A DNA stretch of 48,783 nucleotides, filler included, from Catajapyx aquilonaris (GCA_000934665.2; 2 parts of 2 records of this genome joined end to end with filler, not necessarily neighbours in it), one strand, 5' to 3'; positions 24,457-39,297 are shown, counted from the first letter of the whole stretch. Made by a program: numbers and translations. The notes: a model not told the origin generated them from the letters alone.

Positions 24457-27400
24457 TTCTCTATATATTTGTACAACAACTTCGATCCTATGTTAAATAA
24501 AAAACCCGCAGTGATTTTTTGAAACCGCTGCAATCATTTGTAGACACCCTGTATTTCCGAGCCTCTTGTCTGTATTATTGTATAAATGGGTTGCTTGGAG
24601 TGGGTGGCATTCAGATAGGCGGTGTGTGGGATCCGCTTTATAAATCTGGATCTAGGACGCAGTGTGTGTAGGCTCACACATTGAATCTGCTATAAAGGCT
24701 TACAAAACATAACTGTAACTTTAGTAAAACGTCACGTATGAAAAACATACTTGGGAACTTTGAGAATATCACGCATACACAAAATAATGTAATCCTGGAT
24801 TTGATAAACAGTCTTTTGTCTGCTATTGTAGCCCGTGTGTAACACCAGACATTCGTTTATTCAGGTATAAGGTCGCGAGACTAGTATTACAACAGTGCAG
24901 GACAGCTTACAGCGTGACGTCATTACACCGAGACTGATGAACAAATAGACCTACTCTCTTCGAATGACAAGGCCATTTAAGTTGCAATTTAAATTGAATT
25001 GCAAGTATTAGCTCTTGCAAGATCTGACTTCCTCCATATAAAAACAATTAATCAGCATAAGTTAAAATAATAATTAAATTGAGCATGTAGAGTCTATTAT
25101 TATTGCTCTCATTTAGGCCGGATAAATTTTAATTTTGCGTATCAGTCAGCAAGATTTCAACAGCTATACAGATTAGCATTCGGGGCTATAGTCGCCGCCT
25201 AGTGATAATATTTATAACGTTCGTTTAAAAAGTGTAATGTAGTAGTAAACTTCACATTTATAATATACTGAATATTTATTGTGCATGTTAGGCTATAGCT
25301 AGAGAACTATTCGAGTTGCTGTTGCTCGTTTCCAAATCGCCACAGACGCTGACCCTTTACGGTTTTGAGCCATGGTTTCGACAAGGTTCCGACCATCACA
25401 CGATAGGCACTGTGAAAAGACTCATCGAGGGAAATTTTATTGTTTTAAATGCATTTTAGGAAGTGAGATTGCACTTTTGTTTATCCTGAACGCGACGTAA
25501 TTTCGCGTAAAGATGTGCTTCTGATTGCATTGTATAGGACCATGTAAAGCGCATGGGAAATCACAAGCAGGCCTTATTATCGGAATAGTAGCTGTATTTG
25601 ACAGGTTCTGGCATCACACTCTCATCGCGGTAAATGCCATGACAGTAGATATTCACAAGCTGCTGCTGTGACGTAAAACAATAGCACAGTTCATAAGAAT
25701 TATCAGTGGTTTACTCAGGGGTTTTTCTTATCTCTGGGGTGTTTTTAAGAATCTCCCTCGAAGGAAAATGTCATGAAAATGATAGCAAATTTTGATTTGA
25801 GCAACGTTATGTGTGCTGAAACTGCTATTATTGCGCCATAAGCTCAAGCACAATTATGATTTATGGAGGAAAATCGGAATTTAGACATTTCCTGTTGTGT
25901 TGAGTTCGAAATTCAAGGTTTTTTATTGCCTCCATCGAGTGGCATGGTGCTCAGTATGTCAAAATAATAGGCGACCCAGTTTTCAAATACTTAAGTATGT
26001 GACCCTGTGATAGGATCTACACAATAGTCCTACCATAATATAGGCCTACATAACTCCTCATTTGCAACGAGCAGTGTATAGTCCAGATATTAATTCCAAC
26101 TGCAGCATCTCCCCCATCGGAAGCCCCCCATAAATAATCCCAGCCTGATTTTCTACATCGACATGAATTTAGTCATGGTCATGTTGTGAGGCCCGTTCCC
26201 ATGGGCTCCGCTCCTTTTTTTTTTCCAGGTTCGGACCCTGCTTGTACACGCACATGTTGCTAAGTCCCGACTTCATCAACCAGAGAGTAGAAAACAAAGT
26301 TGACGACTGGTCATAAAAAAAAACAGGGCTAGATTAAAACATAGGTGTGGTGGGAGAGAATCAATAAAGGTGAAAAGCAAATTGGGAAACGCCCACAAAA
26401 AGATGCAGAAAAAGGGACAGAGCAGGAAAACTTCATGGTTGGGATTGGCTCACCCTGTTGTACACACCCGGTTCGATATCATACATGGATGGACAGCAGT
26501 CTAGCTTTAGTCGAGTGGAAGTGACCTGCAAATGCAGCTCGGCGTTACCTGGTTGCTATCGAGTAGTTGAGTGATATGGCTTGAACGGTGGCGTGTCTTT
26601 TTCAAAATACGTGTGTGCTTGGGTGTGAGGCAACTCTAACTGCTTTTTTTATGTTTCTCCCATGTGATGCGTTTCTAAATCTGTTTTTGCGCACAGTTTC
26701 CTTGGGGACAGTGCTCTGGTCGTTACGTCGTGAAATAGTGTGGTGAATTTCGTTTCGTTTTTTTATACACCGGTATTGGAGGGTGGTGGGTGGGTAAGTG
26801 GGGGTGTCATTGGAATGTAAAGAAAGTGACAGGTGCATGTCCTTCGTGAAATTTATTTTTAACTACGCAGTAAATGAAGACGTTACTAGAACATGTATAT
26901 GCGATGTTGTGTTAAGATTAAGAGTTCATGCTCTTGGCGGATCCTATTTTCCCTGTAGTTCCCGGTGCCATAAGTTGTCCTTCACATATGACAACACCCT
27001 CATCCTGATATTATTCCAACACCTGTGACATACCAATTGTGTGCCAGTAAATAACGCGCCGATCACTGGGCCGGTGCCAATCGTCTCGCGCAGTTGCATA
27101 CCAGCCAGATATGAACACAGTCGGAAACGCTGGTAAGAATAATACTTGGCTTTCTGTAATGGTCCGACAGCTGACAAGATCTCTCCTGATTTGCTGAGAA
27201 ACGATGAAAGTTTGTAGGTGTGAGAATAGCATTTTGCAGTCTTTTGTTCACCCACGAGCATTTTTTTCCCCCCATTCCGAAAAGCCCCCCGCGTGAGGAA
27301 ATAAGGTTGTGAGATTTGTACTGTAGACCATTTATTAGGAAGGTTTTCGACCCGTATCCTCGATTCTGGCGATAAATAGCACATTTGCCTCGGAATCGAT

Positions 27401-30364
27401 ACCAGTTTTCCGCGAAGTGTGAATTATGATCGCCTGATAGACATGTAGGGTAAGGGTTTAAACACGCGGCACATTTTTGTAGGCGCGACTATGCACTGCA
27501 TATACAGGAGCATACGGTCATTCCTTTGTCGTGTGGTCCACAAGGCATGTGAGTTGTGACCAAAAGCCGGGCGTAAAATAAGCCGTCCTTGGAATGGAAG
27601 TGTGGGTGGGGTTCGCGTTTCGCGGGGACAGCACGAGGATGGCAACCAGTCCTTAATAGAAATAGAAACCATCGATTTATAGCTGTGACGCTGGCGGTGT
27701 CTCTCCCAACTGGTTTGGGAATGATAGTGATTTTGGAACAAGGAATGATGAAAGTGTGATAAGGATATTCATATGTGGTGTGGAAATATTAAGTGCAGAG
27801 TTACAATTTTGGCATGTTATCACTGATCGGCTTTGGGAATGTCATAGTTCTAAGCCTAATGTCACGGTGATTTATATAGCAGCTTAAATTGACATTTGGC
27901 TCACTATATCATGGACTTGCGTTATCTGAAAAAGTGTTACTATTTACTTTATTGTATTGTCACGGCGGGTTGTTTGAAATAATTGCTTCGTGCATTTGTG
28001 GGGAGTTTGAAAGGAAAGATCGAGTGATATATGCAATTGTGTTGCATCCTTGTGGGATAATTACCTCGTTAAAATCACGGATACTGCAATACGTACGGAC
28101 CCTGTTAGTTCAGCGGAGAAGCTTCTAATTGCGACCGCATCGGGTCATTTGCGCCGAAGCACCATTAGGGACCCATTAGCATACTCTACTGTGACAAGGC
28201 AACGGTACAAAAAAGAAAGAAATCATTATCTTGTCAAGAGGAGTGGCTGGAACCGTTGGACGGTTACATTGCAAATTGACCTTCCCACAGATAAAAGTTG
28301 GGAACAGGATGCCCCCGCAAAAATTTCCAGTTAGCATTCACAATCGGCAGAAGCCATCTCCGAATTTGACTGTCGGTCTTAAGGGATATGACCGAGATGG
28401 CTGGAGAAAGAGGGAAATAAAAAAATGACACATTGTTAGTCACATAAGGTAATAGTCAATAGGGGTTTATGGCCTCCGGTTTAATCGTTGAACTTATTCA
28501 GATTGTTCGCCCACCGAAAGAATAAGGTAATTAGCTTTGAGAGAGGCCTACTTCTCACCTTCCAGGAGCTAAAGAAGTTGGTCCTTATTTCCACGTAGAA
28601 AGTCGGTTTTGTTCTCGCTCATGTTATGGGCTTTATTTACAAGAGCATTTTCTCGTCCTTGAGTCGCAATTGATCTCAAGACTTTCGGTTACGTTTGCGT
28701 GTGTGTTGTCCTGAAGGGGTCCTGTGAATATGTAAAGACATCGTAAACGGCGGTTGAACTAGCATATGTCAAATGTCAGAATGATTTGTAGCGAATAGAA
28801 CCGGAGGAGTTACTGTTTGAGTGAACCCTGTCAGTGCACCAGAAATATGACTGTTACGTCGTTTATAAATACAGTATGTTCAGTATTGAAAATTTTCACG
28901 GAGAACATTACCTAATAAACTGTACACACAAGAAACGCGTGTTTAAGTAGTGATAGTGGTTCGAATTGATTCACGTACTATACCACGCTTCGTAGGGGTG
29001 CCTACAGCCCAAGGACAGGAAGTGTCGAGTGTTTGTTTAATTTGAGCCAGTATAAGGATAAATGTTTCTGATATGGTATCGGGCCAGGCGGGGAAACCGA
29101 TGACATGGATATTATCTCGTGCCACTTAAAAAGAAAACATAAAAATACTCGATACGTCGCGGAATTACCTGCACAAAGTCCATGTGTCACGTCATTTTGT
29201 ATGCCAAGTTTTCTGACTGATATTTTCTGTATGGCGTCACGGGGCCATTACTATAATGACTTATCCGAACTTCAACCTTGTTCAGGACGATATCGATCTA
29301 TGAACTGGGATGAGTGCAGACCTTGGGATGCATTCTGGATAATTACACCTCCATTGTGGAAAAATTGCGGAAAATTCGGATTGGATTCGAAATGTTGAAA
29401 TCAGATGTGGAAGTTGGCGCAATAATTCTTCCGTTCCAAATAGCCCGCACCTTTTAAGTGGAAAGTTGCGGGTGGTTTGTAAGGGCCCCCGTATAAAATA
29501 CGGAAGTGCGAACTTTTCCAAACAAGTCGGTAACAATGCGGCAATTAATTAGATGTAAATCGCTATAGTAAACGCCTCCTCGTTTGGCGGCTTGTCCCAT
29601 GACAAAACAGGTTGTCGTGCGAAAAGTCGGCGGTCCGATGCATATCGCCATGAAAGCACCCCGAAGCCTTCTTCTGACCGGTACGTGTCAATATGAAGGG
29701 AAAGGTTCAGTTTTAAGACCCGGACATACAATTGATACCAGTCCGTGGGTGGGTAGAGATGGGAGAACTTTCTCGTCGTTTCGGTTCGGAGAGAAACGAA
29801 TGGTCGTGATGGAGGTGGGGTCGGGTTTGGTTTCGGAACTAGACCGACCTGCTTCCGAGTTATGTGTGGACAAACAATCATTTTCACCCTTTGCACTTCC
29901 CCTTTTCCCTTTCACCTTGTCCAAGCGTTGCAACCGTCTGTTCTACAAGAATGTTTCGATTATGTCCAGATGAACACTCTGAAAAGAAGGCACAAAAGTA
30001 ACAATTTTGTGCCTTCTCTCGAAAAGGCACGACTGATTAGTCGAAACTCCGATTTTCTGATTCTGCTTAATTTATTGGTGGTCTTGGTTTTTTTAAAAAA
30101 TGAATATTGATCATTGGTCGAGACCATGGGCAATCCCTGCGCGTTATCATGTGTCAGTTGCTATATCTAAGATTATCGACACCTGATGTCTAGCCCCAGT
30201 TCATTTGGTGATCCAGTAAGTGGAAACAGTGAGTGGTGCGGAGGGCTCCTCCATGGGCCTCCAATGAGAGTGGTGGGAAAAGAGCAGACAATGATGGGCC
30301 AGCAGGATCTCAGAAGCCTCCCGCCGCTGGATGGGTTCAGTGCGGTCCAGAGTGCTTGTCCAGG

Positions 30365-30539
30365 ATGTATCAGCGGAGTAGTCGTGACTTTTGGAGTACG
30401 TGGTTGCTGATGGCCAGTGGCCTGCATCTTGACAGGACCAATTGTGCCGAATCCGATACCGAAGACATGACTCGTCCGTTGGAGTCTCCGGTGATGGAGG
30501 AATGTGTGGATCAAGACACTTGGGAGCTGGCAGGGGAAG
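30365..30539 (+). CDS. milt: Candidate first coding exon of a milton isoform (...MEECVDQDTWELAGE-V)
   Basis: Open frame with in-frame ATGs including 30365, 30410 and 30494. It ends GAAG|GTAATT in phase 1, giving in-frame [18 protein letters not shown] when joined to 32731. The true start codon is uncertain. Confidence 0.6.
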
Positions 30540-31640
30540 GTAATTGCTTTGACAATGGTGGCTTTCGAGGTTCCTCACAGGTTATTCCGGTGGGTGGGTG
30601 GATCGATCTTGGCTTTTGTGCGGCTCCTCTTGGATGAGCCAAATGTCAGGCGATGTGTACGGAAGAAGATTGGTTGCGAAAACAACGCGCTTCCTGGAAC
30701 ATCAGCATGACATGGGAAGATAAATAACGATGTTATTGCAGGATGTAAATTAGATTGGGTAGATGTTTCGTGCTATTTGTAATATAAAGTTCTCCTTGGT
30801 CACCGTGACTAGCGTCCTTCACGCTCTGCGATTCCCAACTGCTATAATCATGTCGTCACATTGTGGCATTGCTAGCAGATGGCACAGGCTTGCGTAACGT
30901 CCACACTCGATTGTGTCTAGTTTTTCACCTGCGTAATGAGCGGTCATCGGTCCAGGCATGACCAAAAAGGTGAGAGCCTGTTTGAAAGTGCATTGGACCC
31001 TCGTCATCGGCGCGTTGCAAATTGGTGGAGGGCATCCTATTTTTGGGGGGGTGGAAAAAGAATATAAGTGAAATTGATCTTTCCGCACGTGTTGTTTGTA
31101 CGTGAGGCCATTTGTGCCAGCCTGTGGGTGACCTTTCACAGGATGGTAATTTATGCCCGTGGTGTGCCACGGAAAGGTGAACAACAATCGGCGGTTGTGA
31201 CACCTGTTGATGCCGGAATCAATGGAAGTTGGAATATCGTGACTAGGGGTCAATTTTTCATCCTGGTGGGGGAAAAAAGGTCGTTCTCGCCTTTCACCAA
31301 AATATATGCAATCGATTGGCCGCGGTCTTATTTTAAAACTGCTCATTTTCGGTCAACTTCACCATAAGGAAGTGAGAAGTTAAGCGTTCAATCGGTTTAT
31401 TGTCGGCCTGAGGTCACAGTTGAGGTGCCGCAAGTAGGCTAGTTGTAATTTCATAACCGTCGCGTTTGTGGGGGCTCATCCTCGAGGGCTATTAAGCTGC
31501 TCCACATAACTTATCGAATGAGAAATTGGGAACTTGGGAAAATATAGTCGCACCTTCGTGAATGAATGACCTCCGCAACCCCACTCAATTACCGTTGGCC
31601 ATAATATTACATCACGTTTTCCGGCTCTTTATTACGGCAG

Positions 31641-31722
31641 GAAAAATTCTGCGTGGATGTCAGATCTGCAAACACGAGAATGCTGAATGCGCGATTATCA
31701 GTTGTAAATCAGCAATTGCTAA
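31641..31722 (+). CDS. milt: Candidate alternative 5' exon of milton (EKFCVDVRSANTRMLNARLSVVNQQLL)
   Basis: Acceptor TTACGGCAG| at 31640, open frame with ATG at 31680, and phase-1 donor A|GTACGT (the same hexamer as two core milton donors) that joins in frame to 32731. No homology support. Confidence 0.3.
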
Positions 31723-32730
31723 GTACGTGTTGACGAAAGGGGGGGGGGGGGGGTTACTGATTTAAAAGNAGCTGTTACCTCGAACGTCGAACGTAATTCA
31801 GCTTGGTGTAGGTTAAAAATTGCGAAAACGTAGGAAGTGTATTGTTAGAAGTCGGGACGATAAAACACGGCGTTTTTGCACGTTGTAATCATTACTTGCA
31901 GCTTGAAACCATACGTCGTCACCGAATGCTAATTACGTCTGCACAATGCTTTTTCAGCAAGAATAAGTGACACTAAAAATATACTGTGCTTTTTATTGGA
32001 ACCGCTAACCTGAAACATCAAAACTACGTAGGTGTACCCAGCATGTAAACCAAGCAACGATGTATTTGCTGAAATATTTATAATGCATTTCCGGTCATTA
32101 CGTTACTAATGGGAGAACATAATAAACATTTTGGTCACCTGACACGCACACGACCCTGGTAATTTGCACTGGCTGTGAGAAGACGCCGCAGGAATAATGG
32201 GGTGCTCCAAGATTTTCGGAACTTGTGGAACCGGTGCAGGGTCCTCCCAAAACAAAAACGTCGCAGTTATGGAAAGTTTCGGCACCAGGGGGTCCTCCCA
32301 TGGGAAGGAAGTTAGTTTTATTCTCCAGAGAAAGGCTTATTACATAGCCAATGTGATCGTGAAGACCTTCAACCGGGAGGACGTGTTGTGAGTGTAGATA
32401 GGGTATGAGGTTCGTGTGTGCTTGCTAGCATGTTTTTTTATTATTCTTTTTTTTAAATGGAGAAGTGGTGACCTAATGCAACTCGAGGGAAGGTCTACAT
32501 ATACACGGATGCCACATATAGCAGGCTGAGTATATGGAGCATGGGAGTCTGTGCTTTCGTGATAAACTTCATCTGGCATCTGAGGAAGGAATGTGGTGAA
32601 AGAGAGCCCCCCAGTGTGCTTGTTTGACTAGTCTGAATTTGCCTTCAGAGAATGGAGGTCTTGTACTAGCTGCTAGATGGTGGAGAAAATTATGAGTGGT
32701 GCTAATTATGTGATATTTGTGTTGTTGCAG

Positions 32731-35700
32731 TTCTATGTAGCAACCGTGTGAGCCAAATGACCAAAGCTTACAATGACATAGAAGCAGTGACGAGGCTCTT
32801 GGAAGAAGTACGTATTTGCATAGTTGTAGGACAATGCAACGTGTCACTGATCACTAGGCAAAATAGCAACATATGCAGTTGATGGTATTTGCTCAGAAAA
32901 TTCAAGCTAGTGATTACATAATTTTGATGACTTGGCACAATATTTAGTTGTGCACCATATGGTGCTGTTCTAGATTAGATTGAATTGTATTTTCAAGGTC
33001 ATGGTGTCATGCCACTGATTTCTGGTTTTGTGTTCCACCAAACAGAAAGAGAGGGACCTTGAGCTAGCAGCCAGGATAGGCAAGAGCCTACTAGACCGCA
33101 AGAATTCCTTAGAGGAGCGTGTGGCCAGCTTAGAAGCGGAGTTAAGCACAGCAAATGACACTGTGACCCAGCTCCGTCACGACTTGTCTATGAAAAATGA
33201 CTTACTCCAGCTGTACACCAATGATGTGGATGATTCAGGGTCAGAAGCAAGTACGTCAGCAATGAAATAATTGCGCCCTTTAGAAAGGGGTATATTTGGT
33301 GTGTTTATTTGGGATCAGGTACACCAGTGGGGCTGCGGTGCCTCAATCTTGACTTGCTGCATAGGAAAATTTCCACCTTGGAAGAGGAAAATGTTCAGCT
33401 GCATGCAGAGGCATCAAAACTGGCAAGTGACACGACCAGCATTGAGGAGAGGGAGGCGCAATTACTTAAAGATGTCATTAAGCAGCTAGGTAAGCTCTTC
33501 GTGTTATGAGAGAAGTTGTGGTAAAAGTTAAGACAATATTGAAGTGGTGCTATTTGCAATTTATATCGCCCATAGCCGAGGCCAATTCACAAGTCAAAGG
33601 CCTCAGTGATGATTCGGCAAGAAAGACTGATGAATATTTGAAGCAGCAGGAAGAAATTACACATTTATTAGCTCAGGTTGTGGATCTTCAAGCCAAAGTC
33701 AAAAAGGTATGGCTGCAAATGGAGTCCAAAAGGCTGTTCTTTCCAACACCTAGTTTTAATGAAATGCTAATGTTTTTCAATGGCTATTCCAGTTGAATGT
33801 TGAGAATGAGGAGCTCACTAACTTGCTTCAAGCCACCAAGGAGTGCCAGAATGAATTAGCAACCGAGCTGTGTGACTTTAAGGACAAGTATGCAGAAGTG
33901 CTTGACCTTTTGCATGACACGCAGGAGCAGCTAAAGCGGCAGCGCAGGAAGGGAATGCCTTTGGTTCGTGGAACAGCATTTGGAGGTTCAGTGCCAACAA
34001 GTTATTACAACCCAGACTCGTTAGCATGTGAACTGGAGACTTCATTACATTCGGAAGGATCGGGCAGTGACAAAGGGTAGGTGAACGTTTTAGAAGCTCA
34101 AGTACAGTACAGCTTTCAGTACAGTTTCAGCTTTTGTGTTTTTGTTTGCAAAAATTCGTGGCGCACAGACTTGATGCAACAAGTAACATTGCACATTTCC
34201 AGAGCCCATGTGAAGAGGGTATTTGAGACGGTACGCTCGGCCCAAAAGGCAATGCAACTTGGTGCAGCAAGCGCTGCCGCTAGTCCTTACCACACGGCCC
34301 ATAATGCAATGGGGTCTGTCACCACCCTCACGTCCAGTGGCCAACCTTTAATGTCCTCTGCGTCACACCAGCAAGCAAGTCAAGGTAGAGACAGGCGAGT
34401 GAGTGATTTTGGCTCTAGCGGATACCAGACCCATTCCTCTGGTTATCCAAGCTTAGAGTCCAACAATCACAGTGACTCAGAGTGGTCCACTACTACAGAT
34501 GCAGAAGATTTCTACACGTGAGTACCGACAAGAATTATTGGGCCCCCAAAGGTGCTTCTAGGCATGCTGTTCTTAGTTGTGCACTAATTTAGCTTCACCT
34601 GCACCCACCCACAAACCTTATTTTGTTTGGTATGTCTCTGTTTCGAATGCTTTGAGTGTGCCTTTTACAGGAGTTTTCCAAGAGAAAGTGAGGACATCTT
34701 GGATTGCTCTGTTGGTTTTTTTCTTTGGAGTGATTAGTGAAAATCTGAGAGCCCCTTAAAATTCTCATTGTCTATTCAGTGCGCTTGAGTAAGTTTCCTT
34801 TTGTTTTAATAGAATACTAATTCAGTAACTGGCATGAGCAGTGTTAGTTTCTTTTCTGCCAAAATTAGGCTTCTCAATGGATCTTCGAGAAATTACTCCT
34901 TCATTGTGTGAAGAACTCTATTCATGGATGCAGTTAAGATGCCATCTTCGTGAGAAAGATTATCCCAAGGTCATAAAATTGCAGATGATTCCATTGAAAA
35001 ACACGTTTTATGACTTAAGAAGGTTGCACACTTTCAGCTGATTCCCCTAGGCCCATTATGATTGCCAATAATAATTTTGCACAATGAATATTGTCAATTT
35101 CTTGAAGAAACATGATGTAGAAATTCTTTGTTTTTAGTTTCACCTTGCATGCCCACTCCTCCCTTGTTAATAGGCCACTTAATTCCATTCCAGACTTACT
35201 GGCCCAATACCTGGGGTTTCGAGCACTGGTGACACCAGGACAGACTTAGAAGCTGCCCTGCGTCGTCTGACTCCTTCAGAAGTAGCTGCCAGAAGAGCTA
35301 GGCTTACGTACGGGTATGAAGTTGGAGGCGATGGAGGAATGGACACTCCACCCACACTGCCATTTGGAATCAGGACACCTGACAGCATCATGTCCACTGG
35401 ATCCAGATCTGGATCCAGCATGTACGGGTACAGTGGATCAAGTGGATTTAGTGGGTACAGCGCAGGATGGAGGCTACCTGATAAGCTTCAGGTGGGTGTA
35501 TTTTTAGTCTGGATTGCACTTTTATTGGGGTAAAAATCTTCCACAATTTTGTGTTTGAAACCCACGGAGCACAGTTTGTTATTTTTGTTGTGTATCTACA
35601 GGAATGTTTTCTGTGCAAGAGTTCTTCTTAGAGAAAACTTGCACAACAAATCACTTCAGATTTATATCCTGCCTTTCACAATGGTGCACAAACATGTCAT

Positions 35701-37838
35701 TTCACAATTCTAGTTTACACTGATTTTGTAAAGCACTGCAGGCTCTAAATTGAGCAAACTTTCCCTGCAACTTTTATTAGCAAAAGTTATGTTATACTGC
35801 AATGTTGGTAGACTTTTGTGACTGAGCAACTATATTGGTGGCCCTTCTTGCACATCTGTTATAAATTTGATAGTGGCCATTATGAGTGCTAGGGATTGTG
35901 GCGTGTGCATATCATTTTGTGTGATTGTTGAGTAATATTTTCATTATCCTATTTCAGATAGTGAAGCCAATGGAGGGTTCACAGACTCTGCAGCAGTGGT
36001 CCCAGTTGGCCACTCCTCACATGGGAGGCTTTCTGGATGACCGTCCTGGAGTACAAATCAGGGGTGGAAAGGAGCTAGATGATCTGGGCTTGGAGACATA
36101 TGGCTTGTCAGATCTGGAGGAGGATGAAGAGTACAATAACCCAGGGAAGATGTACCAGGACACACACTCTGTATACACCTACACCAACTCCACGGTGCTC
36201 CATCCAGATGACAACACTCATGTAACCTCTGCGTAAGTGTATTCACTAAAGACTTATTTATATGTATTTATATTGCAAAAAAGACTTTTGATATGAAATG
36301 TGTGAAGTAACTTGAAGAATTTATGAAATTCTGTGTGGCACAGTTGTGTAGTGGGTAGCACCACAGCCTTCTGAACCTCTGAGATCCCAAATTTGATTCT
36401 TGGATCAGATGTAGGATTCTCATGGAGGAAGGCATTTTGATGCGTTCTCTCCCTCTGTTCATAGGAGTTGTCTCAAGGTTCTCTTGTTTCCTCCCCCAAA
36501 AATCCATCATCACTAAGTATGAATAAAGTTTGCAATTGAAAGAGGATCCTCTAAGAAATCACACATTTATCATGGGAGTAATGTACCAGTGTATAAAATT
36601 TATGACATCCTCTGAATGTATGTTTAGGAATGTACACAATTTTTAAAAGGTGCTGTCAGATTAGTAACAGATCATATTTTTAAAATATATTTTTTTCAGA
36701 GAGACCTATTTCACAGAAAATAGTGGAGATTGAGGAATGTCATTGAGATTATGAACCACAATCCTTATAATTTTGCAGGCTTCAAGGTAGCCAGATGTCA
36801 GCGTGCCCTAGCCGGCCAATCTCAGCAGCTTCCACCCCTGCATTCACACCTTGCATGAGCCGCCGTAACTCATGCAGCACCTTTTCAACCAACCTTGGTC
36901 TTGCCACACTTCTGCATGAGCGGGGTATTAAAGCAGTGACCCCCTCCGCCCTTGCTACCCCCATGTCCGAGCGCAGCTTTTCTCCAACTGCCACACCATG
37001 CAACAGCCCGGATGGGTCCCCACCTTCCACACCAGGAGCAAGGAGGAGGAGAAGGGCTGGGGGCAGTGGTATGGAGGAGGAAAGTGGTGGTGCCTTCACT
37101 GGATTATACGGGGTGTATGAGACACTGGGAAAAGGAGCTGATTTGCTAATGAGGACCTTTACTGGTGGGGAACAGCCTCTTTCTTACGTCAAGGCAAGGA
37201 GGGCTTCCAGAAAGCTTAAGAAAATTGCCTTGTCTGGAGTGGATCGCAAGGTTAGTTAATGACATGATTTAGCGCTATGATTCTTCTTGTTAATATGTAT
37301 ATTTTGGACAAGAGTGAGTGAGTGAATTGCTTAAATATTGGAATTAAGGAATGATGTGTGGGCCAAGTTATTAAGTTACCATCCTTCTTGTCCCTAGACT
37401 TTAGCTAACATCAACCTGATGGAGAAACTGCAGAGCATTGGTGTAGACAGTCTGATGTCCACCACAGCTGCCCTGACACCACTGACTCTGCATGGCCCAC
37501 TGTACACACGCCGAACTCTCAAGTCTCCCATGGCCCAACTGACCAGCTTAAAGGCCCTGGGAAGTGGCAGTAGCAGCGACAGTGATAGTGGGAACTCCAC
37601 CATGGCCAGGACACCCTCAGAAGACAGCAGTGGACCACATCGATTGCCCCCCAGACCTCCTGCAAGGGGACCCAGGACCAGGCCCGATTTGGGCACAGTT
37701 AGAGGTAGGAGAGGAAGGAGTGGATCTGCTGTGGAAGGAAGAGGAGAGGGAAGTGGTAGTGGGCATATGACGGGGAGAGAATCTGTCGTAGGGAGCATCG
37801 GGGCCCTGTTCTTTGGGAGGAAAGGAGGTCTTGTGTGA
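32731..37838 (+). CDS. milt: Trafficking kinesin-binding protein Milton (TRAK1/2 ortholog; HAP1_N + Milton domains), core exons
   Basis: Exons 32731-32807, 33046-33250, 33319-33489, 33576-33706, 33793-34076, 34203-34517, 35194-35491, 35958-36232, 36779-37250 and 37398-37838, all GT-AG and phase-consistent. Hallmarks: [86 protein letters not shown]-terminal [11 protein letters not shown]. Confidence 0.96.
36335..36529 (+). mobile_element. Degenerate tRNA-derived SINE (V/Meta-like core) in a milton intron
   Basis: A-box-like TTGTGTAGTGGGTAG, decayed B box, core GTTCTCTCCCTCTG...GTTCTCTTGTTTCCTCCCCC, ending TCCATC...ATGAATAAAGT as in the 40128 copy. Confidence 0.5.
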
Positions 37839-39297
37839 GGCTCCCCTTTTTTGTGGGGGGATTTTGTAGGTCTGTCTGATGTCACATTGGTTAAGAGTTT
37901 ACCTTCATGAAACATACCAGAGAAAACATGAAAGTTCCACTTAGTGAACACTTGAAGATGCCCAGCATTTCTACTGCTATCCATTTCAAAAATGTGGTTG
38001 CCACTTGAGGTTACTACATTTTTGAAATGGGTAGTAAGCACAATATACATGTATTGAAAACTATTTTTGAGACTAAATGTGGAAATGGTACAGAATAATT
38101 TAAAAAATATGTAGTTCTTGCTTACCCACTCATAGTCATTTCTTAGGGCACGGTTCTTAAATTATATTATTTCAATTGGAAATTAGCAAATTACATGAGG
38201 CTAATACTAATAGTCAAATTTTACTGATGACTCAAAGAAATTGCAGCAGTCAAATTAGGTGGAAAAGAATAGTTGTATAATATTACACTTGACCAATGTG
38301 GCATTGTATGTTCCTCAAGATTGACAACACAGAATTTATTCTGCATTTCCTCCATGTCTTTTTTAACTAGTACAGCAACTCCTTTCCTCAAATATCAGGA
38401 GTTATGTAGATAGGAACAGATTGTGTTTTGGGTGTGGTAGGTATGACTGGATGAGAGGCTGAAGGTAATACTGTGGGAGAATATATTTATTCTGTAGGCA
38501 TGTCAGTTTCAATTGGAGTTATTTTACTAATTCACCTGTTAATCTCGGTGTTTACCACACAGTATTTTTTCCAAATATCTCCCTCAGAGCTGTTAACTTA
38601 GCCACATACAATTGGGTCCTTTGTAGTGCCTATTTCTCGGTGAACCAATTCTTTTCATGATGAAAGGATAAAGGTGAATTGTCACCACCTACTCTGCAGC
38701 CAGTACATATTCAAAGGAACTGTTGCCGTTCTACGTGCAGTAGAACTAGCAGACTAGTTTGCGAATTTTAAAGCTGCAAGTGAAGTGTATAGAAAGACAA
38801 ATTGAGGTGCCATGCAGTCCTCTCATTTGCATGTAGCATAAAAGCGTTTTAAAAAAGACTAGGAGTAGGTTGCATTTTTTGCCAAAGACTATCTCCATGG
38901 CTGAATGGTCTGCAAAAGAGAATGACACTGGGGGGGGGAAAGGCCATGTTGCCTTGTTGTGAGAATCTCAGGTGCTTGTTCAGCATCATATGCATAGTGA
39001 TATAATTATTGTACAGAAAAAATAAATAAATGAAGGGATGAGTCAGCCCATGAAGACTGCCTTTAAACAAATGTAATAAAGTTAAATAGTGTGCATGTTG
39101 AGAAGATCTAACCTGTATGAAAATAAAGGGTTTTATCCGTAACCATTTTACGCGCTTCGTTTTCCTATTGGCATCTCTGCCCCTGAGGTAACCATGCCTA
39201 TCCACAAAAGCTATGTATTGTTAGTGTCATTTTTTACTAGCCCATCAGGACCCAGCCTAGCAGATATTATAGTTTTATAAGGAAACTACAGTTGAAG

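Noticed and set aside
24457..30185. Upstream conserved milton exons or another gene
   Set aside because: No HAP1_N N-terminal motif or other recognisable coding signal found; treated as intronic or upstream DNA.
37394..38050. 218-aa minus-strand ORF
   Set aside because: Antisense shadow of the GC-rich last milton exon.
38224..38241. Hammerhead ribozyme core (CTGATGA...GAAA)
   Set aside because: No supporting stems I-III could be formed.
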